Shown here in pieces: positions 20,024 through 29,470 of a DNA stretch of 41,158 nucleotides. How positions within the stretch are numbered: position 1 is the first letter of the stretch; each line of letters starts with the position of its first letter. The notes under the pieces are model-generated. The model did not search any database, was not told where the DNA came from, and was given only the letters and a program-made list of their open reading frames with translations. Source of the stretch: Candidatus Woesearchaeota archaeon (GTDB taxonomy: Archaea > Nanobdellota > Nanobdellia > Pacearchaeales > GW2011-AR1); NCBI GenBank assembly GCA_964408125.1, contig CAYOYC010000003.1, forward strand, positions 1 to 41,158, written 5' to 3'. Made by a program: the position numbers and the translations under genes.

Positions 20024-20271
20024 GCTTAAGAGAATTAACAGATGCTAATAAAAAAGGAAATGTTAGTTTTGGAATCAAACAGATTTTAAGATTGGCTAAA
20101 ACAAAGAAACTGAAGAAGAATGCTTCTATTTTTGTTACTAAGGATTGTAGAGTTGAAACTTTAAAAAAACTTGAAGACGCAGGAGTTGAATTTGAGGTTC
20201 TTAAAAATAAAGCAGATATTGCGAAAGAATTAGGAATTGAATTTGGTTCTGAGGTTTTTTTAATTAATTAA
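20020..20271 (+). CDS. Divergent eL30/L7Ae-fold protein
   Basis: Occupies the rpl30e slot between rpoA and nusA; G-x3-G-x-K start, IFVTKDC and IAKELG pattern fit the fold loosely. Confidence 0.55.
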   Translation: MSLRELTDANKKGNVSFGIKQILRLAKTKKLKKNASIFVTKDCRVETLKKLEDAGVEFEVLKNKADIAKELGIEFGSEVFLIN

Positions 20272-20273
20272 TA

Positions 20274-20714
20274 ATGGCGAAGACAATAGACATGCAGCTT
20301 ATGAGGTATATCAATCTTTTTGAAAAGATTTCACGTGTTTCTACTACAGATTGTTTTATTTATAATAATACGATATTTTTTGCTGTTCCAAAAGCTTTGA
20401 TGATGCAAGCAATTGGAAGAAATGGAGAGAATGTTAAAAGAATATCAGAAACTTTTAGCAAGAGAATAAAAGTTGTTTCAATGCCTAGTGATAAAGAAAT
20501 TTTAGATGATAAAATGGGCGCATTAAAAAGATTTATTACGGAAGTTGTTTTGCCTGTCGAATTTACTGGACTTGATTTTAACGACGATGTTGTTGTTTTA
20601 TCCGGGAGTAGAGAAAGCAAGGCAATTTTAATTGGAAGAGATAGATCGAGAGAAAAGGAACTAGCACACGTATTAGAAAAGATATTCGGAGTAAAGGCAT
20701 TTAAGATTGTTTAA
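20274..20714 (+). CDS. nusA: Archaeal NusA (two KH domains)
   Basis: AIGRNGENVK and LIGRDR KH loops; operon position. Confidence 0.88.
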   Translation: MAKTIDMQLMRYINLFEKISRVSTTDCFIYNNTIFFAVPKALMMQAIGRNGENVKRISETFSKRIKVVSMPSDKEILDDKMGALKRFITEVVLPVEFTGLDFNDDVVVLSGSRESKAILIGRDRSREKELAHVLEKIFGVKAFKIV

Positions 20715-20751
20715 ACATAATCTTTATAAATCGTTATTTCGAGGAGTTTGT

Positions 20752-21174
20752 ATGGGATTGATGAACGCAAGAAAATTAAGGAAGGAGAGAAAGCAGCACC
20801 AGATGAATCATAAGAGATTCAGGAAGAAAAAACTTGGTATTACGTTGAAGTATGCAGTTATTGGAAGGTCTTCTCAAGCTAAAGGTATTGTCGTAAATAA
20901 ATTTCAATTGGAAGCTAAACAGCCTAATTCTGCTATGAGAAAATGTTGCAAGGTTCAGTTGACAAAGACGGGTAAACCAATTGGTGCATTTATTCCAGGA
21001 AATTTAGCACAGAAATTTATTGATGAACATGATGAAGTCATGATTGAAAAGATTGGTGGTAAGATGGGTAAAACAAAAGGGGATTTGTCTGGTGTACGAT
21101 TTCAAGTTATTAAAGTAAATGATCAACCTTTGAGTTTATTATGGAGAGGAAAGATCGAGAAGGGTAGAAGATAA
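20752..21174 (+). CDS. rps12: Ribosomal protein uS12
   Basis: KQPNSAMRKC and GVRFQVIKV motifs; ATG 20752 has GAGGAG at 20741-20746 and TTTATAAA at 20723-20730. Confidence 0.95.
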   Translation: MGLMNARKLRKERKQHQMNHKRFRKKKLGITLKYAVIGRSSQAKGIVVNKFQLEAKQPNSAMRKCCKVQLTKTGKPIGAFIPGNLAQKFIDEHDEVMIEKIGGKMGKTKGDLSGVRFQVIKVNDQPLSLLWRGKIEKGRR

Positions 21175-21176
21175 AG

Positions 21177-21773
21177 ATGGTAGCAATGAAAATATTTGGT
21201 CTTTGGGATATTTCAGAAGTTTCTGTTTCTGAGCCTGGTTTAAAGAAAGTTATAAATTTGGATGATAGATTACTTTTGAAATCACATGGTAGAATTAAGT
21301 ATGATCAGGCTAAAACAAAGGTGAATGTTATTGAAAGAATTATAAATTTGCTACAGGTTCCAGGTAGTAGAGGAAAAAAACATAGAATAATTACAAATTG
21401 GATGACTGGGAAACAGCAAAAGGCGACTATGATTCTTATTGATGCCTTAAAAATTATTGAGAAACAAACAAAACAAAATCCTATTGCTGTTTTAGTAAAA
21501 GCAATTGAAAATGCAGCGCCAAGAGACGAAGTTACTGCTATAGAATATGGCGGAGCAAGATATCCACAAGCTGTTGACGTTTCTCCAAGAAGAAGATTGA
21601 ATTTGACATTAAGATTTATTGTTAATGGAGCATATGATAAAGCATTCAATAAAAAAGCTACAATTACAGAATCATTAGCTAAAGAATTAATCGCTGCTTC
21701 AAACAATTCTGGTGATAGTTATGCTATCACAAAGAAGAACGATATAGAAAAACAGGCAGACGCTGCACGTTAA
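21177..21773 (+). CDS. rps7: Ribosomal protein uS7
   Basis: AIENAAPRDE, YGGARYPQAVDVSPRRR, C-terminal A..AR. Confidence 0.95.
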   Translation: MVAMKIFGLWDISEVSVSEPGLKKVINLDDRLLLKSHGRIKYDQAKTKVNVIERIINLLQVPGSRGKKHRIITNWMTGKQQKATMILIDALKIIEKQTKQNPIAVLVKAIENAAPRDEVTAIEYGGARYPQAVDVSPRRRLNLTLRFIVNGAYDKAFNKKATITESLAKELIAASNNSGDSYAITKKNDIEKQADAAR

Positions 21774-21775
21774 AA

Positions 21776-23977
21776 ATGGCAACAGAAGAAAAGAATTTCG
21801 ATAAAATAAAGAGAATTATAAAAAACCAAAAGAATATTAGAAACATCGCTACTTCTGCTCATATTCATCATGGCAAAACAGCTTTTACGGATAATTTGTT
21901 AGCAGCTGCTGGTAAAATGTCAAACAAGTCTGCTGGTGATTTAGAAGCGGGAATGGCGACATGGCAACATGCAGATGAGCAGGAAAGATTGATGACTGTT
22001 GATGCGGCGAATGTGTCGATGGTTCACTCGTTTAAAGATGAGGAATATTTAGTTAATTTAATCGATACTCCTGGGCATGTTGATTTCTCAGGTAACGTTA
22101 CAAGAGCTATGAGAGCGATTGATGGAACGGTAGTGCTGGCTTGTGCGTCTGAGGGAATTATGCCCCAAACTGAAACGGTATTGAAACAGGCATTAAGAGA
22201 GAGAGTAAAACCGGTTTTGTTTATCAATAAGGTAGATAGATTAATCAAAGAATTGAAAGTTACTCCACAGCAAATGCAGGAAAAATTCAAAAAGATTATT
22301 GATGAATTTAATACTTTAATCGCAAATATTGCTGAGCCAGAATTTAAATCTAAGTGGCAAGTTAATGTAGCCGATGGATCTGTTGCATTTGGTTCTGCTA
22401 GAGATAATTGGGCTCTAACAGTTCCCTTTATGATAAAGAAAAAGATTACCTTTGCAGATATTTATAAAATTTATGATGAGTCTTTAACCGAAGAAGCAAG
22501 AAAAGATTGGGCTATTAAGAATGCTTCTTTATTTGAAGTAATGATGGATGTGGCGGTTACGCATTTACCTTCTCCTTTAGAAGCTCAAAAATATAGAATT
22601 GGCAGAATATGGAAGGGAGATCCTGAATCTGGATTTGGAAAGCAATTATTGGCTTGTGATGCAGGTGGCGAACCCTCATTCGTTATTACGAGAATTGTTA
22701 TTGAGCCTAGATCCGGGAAGGAAATTTCTGCAGGGAGATGTTTTTCAGGAACTATAAAAGTTGGAGATGAATTGTGGTTGAATTTAGCTAAGAAGAAACA
22801 AAGAGTTCAGCAAGTTTTAGTTTATGACGGTATCAGACCAGAGCAGGTAGAGGAAGCTGGTGCTGGAAATGTTTTTGCTGTTGCAGGTATTGTTTCTGAA
22901 GTTGGAGAAACGTTAACAAAGGAACCGCAAACTCCATTTGAAGAAATTAAGCATATTTTTCAACCGGTTATTACAAAATCTATTAGCGTAGAAAAGTCTG
23001 TTGATTTGCCGAAGCTTGTAGAAGTTTTAAGAAAGGTTGCAAAAGAAGATCCATCTATTAAAATTGAAATTAATGAAGAGACTGGAGAAAATCTTATGTC
23101 CGGTATGGGGGAATTACATTTAGAGATTGTTGAGAATAGAATTAAAACAGAAAAGGGAGTAGAAATTAGGACATCTAATCCAATTGTTGTATATAGAGAA
23201 ACTGTTTTGAAAAGTTCTGGCCCAACAGAAGGTAAGTCTCCAAATAGACATAATGCATTTTATTTACAAGTTGAACCTTTAGATGATACGTTATCTGCGG
23301 CAATAGAAAGAGGAGATGTTTCCGAAGGAAAAATAAAGAAAGATAAGAAAGATGAAGTTTTATTGAAATCATTACTTGCTGCCGGAGTTACGCATGATGA
23401 GACAAGACAGATCAGAGATATTTTTATGGGAAGCGTTTTTTTAGATAAAACAAAGGGCGAGGTTCATATTGGTGAAGTTATTGAATTAATATTGGATTCA
23501 TTTGAAATGGTTATGAAAGCTGGACCATTATCTAGAGAGCCATGTCAAAAGTTGAAAGTTTCTTTGGTTGATATGAAATTGCACGAAGATGCTATCCATA
23601 GAGGTCCTGCACAGGTTTATCCGGCTATTAGAGAAGCTTTACAGGCGGCTTTTAAGAATGCCTCTCCTGTCTTATTTGAGCCAGTTCAGGTACATGTTAT
23701 AGAAATTCCAACAGAGTTTATGGGAGAAGTTTCGAAATTAGTAGTTCAAAAGAGAGGGCAGATGATTGATGCTAGGCAAGAAGGAATTGTTTCGTTTATT
23801 AAGGCAAAATTACCTGTAGCTGAGATGATTGGGTGGAGTTCTGACTTAAGATCATGCACTGGAGGAAGAGGCGTTTCTTCGTTATTGGATCAAACTTTTG
23901 AAAGAATGCCAAACGAATTACAGCAAAAAGTAATTAGGCAGATTAGAGAAAGAAAGGGTCTTGCTGAGAATCAGTAA
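21776..23977 (+). CDS. fusA: Elongation factor 2 (aEF-2)
   Basis: NLIDTPGHVDF, NKVD, MGELHL and diphthamide loop HEDAIHRGPAQ. Confidence 0.97.
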   Translation: MATEEKNFDKIKRIIKNQKNIRNIATSAHIHHGKTAFTDNLLAAAGKMSNKSAGDLEAGMATWQHADEQERLMTVDAANVSMVHSFKDEEYLVNLIDTPGHVDFSGNVTRAMRAIDGTVVLACASEGIMPQTETVLKQALRERVKPVLFINKVDRLIKELKVTPQQMQEKFKKIIDEFNTLIANIAEPEFKSKWQVNVADGSVAFGSARDNWALTVPFMIKKKITFADIYKIYDESLTEEARKDWAIKNASLFEVMMDVAVTHLPSPLEAQKYRIGRIWKGDPESGFGKQLLACDAGGEPSFVITRIVIEPRSGKEISAGRCFSGTIKVGDELWLNLAKKKQRVQQVLVYDGIRPEQVEEAGAGNVFAVAGIVSEVGETLTKEPQTPFEEIKHIFQPVITKSISVEKSVDLPKLVEVLRKVAKEDPSIKIEINEETGENLMSGMGELHLEIVENRIKTEKGVEIRTSNPIVVYRETVLKSSGPTEGKSPNRHNAFYLQVEPLDDTLSAAIERGDVSEGKIKKDKKDEVLLKSLLAAGVTHDETRQIRDIFMGSVFLDKTKGEVHIGEVIELILDSFEMVMKAGPLSREPCQKLKVSLVDMKLHEDAIHRGPAQVYPAIREALQAAFKNASPVLFEPVQVHVIEIPTEFMGEVSKLVVQKRGQMIDARQEGIVSFIKAKLPVAEMIGWSSDLRSCTGGRGVSSLLDQTFERMPNELQQKVIRQIRERKGLAENQ

Positions 23978-24019
23978 GTTTAATTTTTTTTTGGGAGTTT
24001 TTTTATTACAAATTAATTT

Positions 24020-24976
24020 TTAGTCTATAATCTTTGTTGCTGCCTTTTCGAGTCGATTCATTATCGCTGTTCCGAGTCCTTCCTTTTTTAATCCACGAAT
24101 AATTATTGTTTTTACTTTTTCCTTGTCGGCTTTTCTAAATTCTTTGAAAAGATTTTTTGCTGTGTTTTTCGTGCCTTCTTTTTCCAGAATTATTTTTACT
24201 TTTCCATCTTTTTCGTATTGTTCTTTTATTTTTTTAAGGCTGATTTTTTTGTTTACTACAATTATCTTTGCTTCGGGGGAATAGTGTTTATATTTCATTC
24301 CCGGAGATTTTGTTTTTTTACATCTGTGTGACTTTTTTGTTATTTTAATTATTTTCTGTATTTCTTCTTCTGTTATTTTTCCGGGTCTTAGTATTCTTGG
24401 AATTTTAGTTGTTAGGTCAATTACAGTTGACTCTATTCCTATTTCTGTTTCCCCACCATCTATAATTAGAGGTATCTTTGTGTCTAGGTCTTCGTATACG
24501 TGTTTCGCGCTTGTTGGGCTCGGTTTGCCAGATGAGTTTGCAGAAGGGGCTGCAATTGGACAGCCCGATTCTTTTATGATTTTTAGTGCTATTTTATTTT
24601 TTGGCATTCTAATTGCTACACTGTTAAGCCCAGCCGTAACGATGTTCGGAACTATTTTTGATTTCTTTAAAATTATTGTTAATGGTCCTGGCCAGAATTT
24701 CCTTATTAGTTTTTCTGCTTTCGGGGGGATGGTTCTTACTAGTTCGGTTATCTGTTTTATATTGGATATGTGAACTATTAGGGGATTATCTTGAGGTCGG
24801 CCCTTCGCAATGAATATTTTCTTTACTGCATTTTTATCTAGTGCATTTGCTCCCAGTCCGTAAACTGTTTCCGTGGGGAATGCGACTAATTCACCCGTTT
24901 TTATGAGTTCTGCTGCTAGCTTTATTTTTTCTATTTCTGGTTTTTTAGAATCTATTTTTTCTATGTGGGTATTCAT
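24020..24976 (-). CDS. sua5: Threonylcarbamoyl-AMP synthase Sua5
   Basis: FPTETVYGLGA, KGRPQDNPLIVH, APSANSSG, PGMKYKHYSP linker, C-terminal AIMNRLEKAA. Confidence 0.95.
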   Translation of the reverse strand: MNTHIEKIDSKKPEIEKIKLAAELIKTGELVAFPTETVYGLGANALDKNAVKKIFIAKGRPQDNPLIVHISNIKQITELVRTIPPKAEKLIRKFWPGPLTIILKKSKIVPNIVTAGLNSVAIRMPKNKIALKIIKESGCPIAAPSANSSGKPSPTSAKHVYEDLDTKIPLIIDGGETEIGIESTVIDLTTKIPRILRPGKITEEEIQKIIKITKKSHRCKKTKSPGMKYKHYSPEAKIIVVNKKISLKKIKEQYEKDGKVKIILEKEGTKNTAKNLFKEFRKADKEKVKTIIIRGLKKEGLGTAIMNRLEKAATKIID

Positions 24977-25200
24977 TATTCTCTAATTTCTTTTCTTAAT
25001 TCTTCTACGCTTCCTATGTGTTTTTCGGTTGGTCTTCCTGGTTTTTCGAGTGGTCTGAGCATTTCTGGTGCGAAGTGTTTTGCGTAGGTTTGAATTATAA
25101 AACCTAAGGCTTGATTTTTGTTTCTCATTCCATTTTTGGCCTTGACTACGTTTACGATTCTGTTTTCTTTTTCGGATAGTTTTATTATGTTTTGTACCAT
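24976..25200 (-). CDS. DUF2683-like small protein (putative antitoxin/DNA binder)
   Basis: MVQ-x-II...NR-x2-N-x-VKAK...K pattern recalled for DUF2683; translationally coupled to sua5. Confidence 0.55.
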   Translation of the reverse strand: MVQNIIKLSEKENRIVNVVKAKNGMRNKNQALGFIIQTYAKHFAPEMLRPLEKPGRPTEKHIGSVEELRKEIRE

Positions 25201-25201
25201 A

Positions 25202-25702
25202 TTAAGCTGTTTTCTCCCAAAATAAAGTATTTATTTTTCTTCTTGCGCTGCCTCTTCTCTTTTTTATAACTTTTACGAATTTAAAGCCGCTTTTTTCTAA
25301 TACTCTTCCAGAAGCTGGATTGGATTTATCATTGTCTGCTACAATTCTTTTTAGTTTTAGTTTTTTGAATCCAAAATATAAGATTTTTTCAACTGCTAGA
25401 CTAGTTATTCCCTTATTCCAATATTTTTTACCAAGAGCGAATCCTAGAGTAAATGTATGTTTATTTTGTGAAGGTTTTTCTAGACAAACTAATCCTACGA
25501 GTTCGTTGTCGTAAGCTATGACAAATTCATAATAGTTTCCCTTTTTATTTAAGTCAATTATTTTTTGTAAGTGGATTTTGGCGTCTTCCATAGATAGCGG
25601 GTATTTGAAGCCGTCTAGTTGTTTGGCAACTTCAATATCATCGAAGATTTTCTGGAATTCTTCTAGGTCTGAGATTTTTGGTTTTCTAAGTGAGACGTTC
25701 AT
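25202..25702 (-). CDS. GNAT acetyltransferase, RimJ/RimL-like
   Basis: YWNKGITS and NPASGRVLEKSGF motifs. Confidence 0.85.
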   Translation of the reverse strand: MNVSLRKPKISDLEEFQKIFDDIEVAKQLDGFKYPLSMEDAKIHLQKIIDLNKKGNYYEFVIAYDNELVGLVCLEKPSQNKHTFTLGFALGKKYWNKGITSLAVEKILYFGFKKLKLKRIVADNDKSNPASGRVLEKSGFKFVKVIKKRRGSARRKINTLFWEKTA

Positions 25703-26175
25703 TTAAACTCCTTCACTAATTTTAAATCAGAGATAGTAAATCCCCACTTCTTATATGCTTCTTGTGCAACTTTATTTTGAGGCATAACAAAAAGCGCGAT
25801 GACTCCTTTACCAATTTTTCTTTCTTTAAACCATTTAATAAATTCGTCTTTTAATCTAGAAGACAAACCCCTACCTCTCATTTTAGGTATAATATAGATT
25901 TCATCAATTGTGCCATAGTTTTTGATAGCATACTTCTTACTTCTCTTAAAACTTCCCAAGATAAATCCCGTTATTTTATCTTTATCAACCAAGACCCTTA
26001 GAAGTTTATTCTGTTCTAAAACATAATCTCTGAGATCCTGCAGAATTCCCGTTTTTGTAATCATCCATCTGCTCCTATCTACATTAGTTAGTTTTTTCTC
26101 TTCTTTTTGATATTCTAGATACAGATTCACGAGTTGGGGTAAATCGCTTGCCGTCGCTTTTCTAATTTTTATCAT
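25699..26175 (-). CDS. GNAT acetyltransferase
   Basis: IRKAT start, RGRGLSS acetyl-CoA motif, N..AQEAYKKWGF. Confidence 0.85.
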   Translation of the reverse strand: MIKIRKATASDLPQLVNLYLEYQKEEKKLTNVDRSRWMITKTGILQDLRDYVLEQNKLLRVLVDKDKITGFILGSFKRSKKYAIKNYGTIDEIYIIPKMRGRGLSSRLKDEFIKWFKERKIGKGVIALFVMPQNKVAQEAYKKWGFTISDLKLVKEFK

Positions 26176-26633
26176 TTGTACATCTCCTTTATTTTTATGT
26201 TAAATTTCTCTAATTTATCTGACAATTTTAATCCCGTCTCTTTTTCTAATTCTAAAACTATTTTATTGTTAATTGGTTCCATAAATTCGTGAAGAATCTT
26301 TGGGTTCTCAAATTTTTTCCCAGACAAATGATTGTGTAAAAGTTCATGGCAAAGAGTCACGATAGAATATCGATCATGAAATTTGTAGACTAGAGTTAAT
26401 GGATCAGAAATGCTTATTTTATTTATAGGAGTCAAATAAATAGGAATAAAATCATATTTCCATTTTCCATCATGATTTTTTTCTATAATTTTTTTTATTT
26501 TTGATAAAATTTTTTTTATTTTTTCTTCAAAGGGTTTACTTTTTTCTACGAATTCTCTAAAATCTTCTATTTTTAATTCTGGTGCTAGCATCCTGGAATA
26601 AATCCAGCTATAACGAATTTGAGATTTTATCAT
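26172..26633 (-). CDS. Hypothetical protein with HExxH motif
   Basis: HELLH motif; 4-bp overlaps with both neighbours. Confidence 0.55.
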   Translation of the reverse strand: MIKSQIRYSWIYSRMLAPELKIEDFREFVEKSKPFEEKIKKILSKIKKIIEKNHDGKWKYDFIPIYLTPINKISISDPLTLVYKFHDRYSIVTLCHELLHNHLSGKKFENPKILHEFMEPINNKIVLELEKETGLKLSDKLEKFNIKIKEMYK

Positions 26634-27223
26634 TTTAATTCCTTCTCCCAGCTATCTTTTTTAAAATCTTTCTTCGTAATTCCTAGTTTTTTTAAATAAT
26701 CATAAAAACTTTGTATATCGTCGGCAAAATCACTAATTACAGCATCATAAATGTGCGTCGATAAAGAGGGAAGCTTAAGTTTCTTTTTGTAAAAATGGTA
26801 TTTTAATTTTAATATACGCATTCTTTTTTCTAAAGATGCCTTATTTAATTTTTCATATTTATCTTTTATTTTTTTGTTAACAATTAAAATATCTAATTTC
26901 CAAATAATTTTATCTTTATAGAATATATGGATAGATTTCCCCCCCAGAGATTTTCTATTTTCTACCCACTTTCTAACCATATTTTTATCTGAATCAAAAT
27001 AATTATCCAAAATTTTTAATGTGTCTCCAGTCTTTTTCGTAATAATTATCAAGTCAATGTCTGGTTTAATGACCATGTGGTGTTTTACGCTTCCGGAGAT
27101 AAATATTTCTCCAAATTCCGTTATTTTGTTTTTCAAATCTAATTCCTTAAGTAGGGCAATCGCTTCTTTCTCTCGTCTTTTTGAAAATTCTTTCACAATT
27201 TGCATATGTTTTAGGTTGGTCAT
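26630..27223 (-). CDS. Minimal nucleotidyltransferase-like protein
   Basis: GS...DID motif (GSVKHHMVIKPDIDL) and a third Asp in WKLDI. Confidence 0.65.
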   Translation of the reverse strand: MTNLKHMQIVKEFSKRREKEAIALLKELDLKNKITEFGEIFISGSVKHHMVIKPDIDLIIITKKTGDTLKILDNYFDSDKNMVRKWVENRKSLGGKSIHIFYKDKIIWKLDILIVNKKIKDKYEKLNKASLEKRMRILKLKYHFYKKKLKLPSLSTHIYDAVISDFADDIQSFYDYLKKLGITKKDFKKDSWEKELK

Positions 27224-27359
27224 TTTTATAACAATTTATAACAATCTGTTATATAAAAACCTTTGTACAGATAAGCTTTTAAACCGAAAATTGTTCAAAA
27301 ACTTGGTCCGTATAGAAATGTACAGGGCTAAAATCTAACTAAACTTATTAAAAGAAAAA

Positions 27360-28646
27360 ATGGCTAAAACAAAACCAATAATGAATGTCGTTTTCGTCGG
27401 ACACGTAGACGCTGGTAAGTCCACAACTATCGGAAGATTGTTCTGGGAAACAGGCGGAGTTTCCGAACAGGAAATGGCAAAATTAAAGGAAGAAGCAGCT
27501 AAACACGGAAAAGCTGGTTTTGAATTTGCGTATGTCATGGACAATATTAAGGAAGAAAGAGAAAGAGGAGTAACTATCGACTTGTCTTACAAGAAGATTT
27601 TGACTCAAAACTTTGAAGTCACTGTTATTGACGCTCCAGGTCACAAAGACTTCGTCAAGAATATGATTACTGGTGCATCTCAAGCTGATGCAGCTTTCCT
27701 TGTTGTCGATGCAGCAAATGGAGTACAGCCTCAAACAAAAGAACACTTATGGTTGTTAAGAACTATGGGCGTTAAGAACATAGCTATCTGGATAAACAAG
27801 ATGGATATGGTTCAATTTGCTGAAGACAAATATAATAAAGTCAAAGCAGATGTTGAGGCACTTTTGAAACAAGTTGGCTATAAATTAGAAACAACACCTT
27901 TCTTGGCTGGTGCTGGATTTTTGGGCGAAAACGTCTCAAAGAAATCCGACAAAATGGCCTGGTATAAGGGATTGACTATTTTAGAACAACTTGACAAATT
28001 TCCCGCTCCTGAAAAACCAACAACTTTACCACTTAGAATGCCAATCCAGGATGTATATGAAATCACTGGTATTGGAGTCGTGCCTGTAGGAAAAATCGAA
28101 ACTGGTACAATGAAACCAGGTCAGAAGATTATAATCCTTCCAGGTAGAAGTGGAGTAGGCGTTCCAGGTGAAATCAAAACAATTGAAGCTCATCATGAAC
28201 AATTACCGTTGGGAGAAGCTGGAGATAATGTTGGTGTAAATATTAGAGGCATTGGAAAGAAAGACGTTGCTAGAGGCGATGTTATTTGCTCTGCTGACTC
28301 ACCTATCAAGATAGTGGAAGAATTTACTGCACAAGTTGCTGTAATTAATCATCCAACTGTTATTGCTAAGGGCTATACACCGGTGTTCCACATCCATACT
28401 GCTCAAATTCCTTGTCAATTTATAGAATTGGTAGGCAAATTAGATCCTAAAACGGGTCAAATTGCAGAACAGAATCCAGACTTTTTGAAAAATGGAGATG
28501 TAGCTATCGTAAAGTTGAAACCTATCGGTAATCTTGTATTAGAGACTGCTGAGGTTAATCCTTACATGGCTAGATTCGCTATCAGAGATGCTGGTGTTAC
28601 AGTTGCTGCAGGTGTCTGCAAATCTATAGTTGAAAAGAAAAAGTAA
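27360..28646 (+). CDS. tuf: Elongation factor 1-alpha (aEF-1A)
   Basis: GHVDAGKST, ERERGVTID, DAPGHKDFVKNMITGASQAD, NKMD. Confidence 0.97.
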   Translation: MAKTKPIMNVVFVGHVDAGKSTTIGRLFWETGGVSEQEMAKLKEEAAKHGKAGFEFAYVMDNIKEERERGVTIDLSYKKILTQNFEVTVIDAPGHKDFVKNMITGASQADAAFLVVDAANGVQPQTKEHLWLLRTMGVKNIAIWINKMDMVQFAEDKYNKVKADVEALLKQVGYKLETTPFLAGAGFLGENVSKKSDKMAWYKGLTILEQLDKFPAPEKPTTLPLRMPIQDVYEITGIGVVPVGKIETGTMKPGQKIIILPGRSGVGVPGEIKTIEAHHEQLPLGEAGDNVGVNIRGIGKKDVARGDVICSADSPIKIVEEFTAQVAVINHPTVIAKGYTPVFHIHTAQIPCQFIELVGKLDPKTGQIAEQNPDFLKNGDVAIVKLKPIGNLVLETAEVNPYMARFAIRDAGVTVAAGVCKSIVEKKK

Positions 28647-28660
28647 GCATACTTTAATTA

Positions 28661-28691
28661 GCCGAACTTTGTTCGGCATTTTTATTTTTTT
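28661..28691 (+). terminator. Hairpin plus T-tract terminator after EF-1A
   Basis: GCCGAAC-TTT-GTTCGGC followed by ATTTTTATTTTTTT. Confidence 0.75.
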
Positions 28692-28760
28692 ATCTCTTAA
28701 TTTTAGAGATTGTTTAGAGGGGTGGTCGTAAAGAATCGCGTAAGAATTCTAGAAGAACAA

Positions 28761-29255
28761 ATGGGAAAATTTTATATTCCAGAAGTAGTGAAGGTAAGAA
28801 AAATTCCAGTTGTAGTTTATCTTTGTGAGGGGGTAGAAAATACTTTGTGTATGGAAAGTGGAAAGTGGAAGGAACATACTGGAGATCGTCTTACTAAAAC
28901 GGAGGTTAGAGAACACCTAGAGACTCTGTATATGATGAATAAGTTTCCATGGGGAAAATTTAATATAGATATTCTATGGAGAAAAGGAATTAGTTTTATG
29001 ACAGACGTATGGACTTTTTCAAATTTAGATTCTTGGGGGTCGGGAGCTCTTTCGACTGGCATGACGTTTAGTGGATGTAGTAGAGATACTGCAGTTGGAA
29101 CATCTGCAGAATATGGGCATGTTATGTTAGGAAGAGAGGCAGAGCATAGGCTTTTTGGTGGTCTTAATGGTGGTCCGATGAAGCTTGAGGAATATCTAGC
29201 AAGCCGTCCGCAATTACCTTCACAAATAACAAACAATCAAAGATATTTTATTTAA
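28761..29255 (+). CDS. Hypothetical protein
   Basis: Long sense ORF with plausible composition; ATG 28761 preferred over TTG 28710. Confidence 0.55.
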   Translation: MGKFYIPEVVKVRKIPVVVYLCEGVENTLCMESGKWKEHTGDRLTKTEVREHLETLYMMNKFPWGKFNIDILWRKGISFMTDVWTFSNLDSWGSGALSTGMTFSGCSRDTAVGTSAEYGHVMLGREAEHRLFGGLNGGPMKLEEYLASRPQLPSQITNNQRYFI

Positions 29256-29296
29256 TGTTTCAATAAATTTAAATAGTTAGTCGACTATGGTAGTTT

Positions 29297-29470
29297 ATGA
29301 CAGAAAAGAAGAAGTGTTCGCGTTGTGGCAAGCAAGTTGAGTTTTTGTGTGCTGCGTGTTGGAGATGTAAAGATTGTCCGGTGGATTGTAAAATTCACAT
29401 GAAGAGGGTTATAGACGGTGTAATCGGTGAGTGTGATAGCAGTTGTCAGAAAAAGGTTTTTGGTAAATAA
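29297..29470 (+). CDS. 57-aa Cys-rich zinc-finger-like microprotein (not in ORF track)
   Basis: Hand translation MTEKKKCSRCGKQVEFLCAACWRCKDCPVDCKIH...CDSSCQKKVFGK; TTTAAATA 29 nt upstream. Confidence 0.7.
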   Translation: MTEKKKCSRCGKQVEFLCAACWRCKDCPVDCKIHMKRVIDGVIGECDSSCQKKVFGK

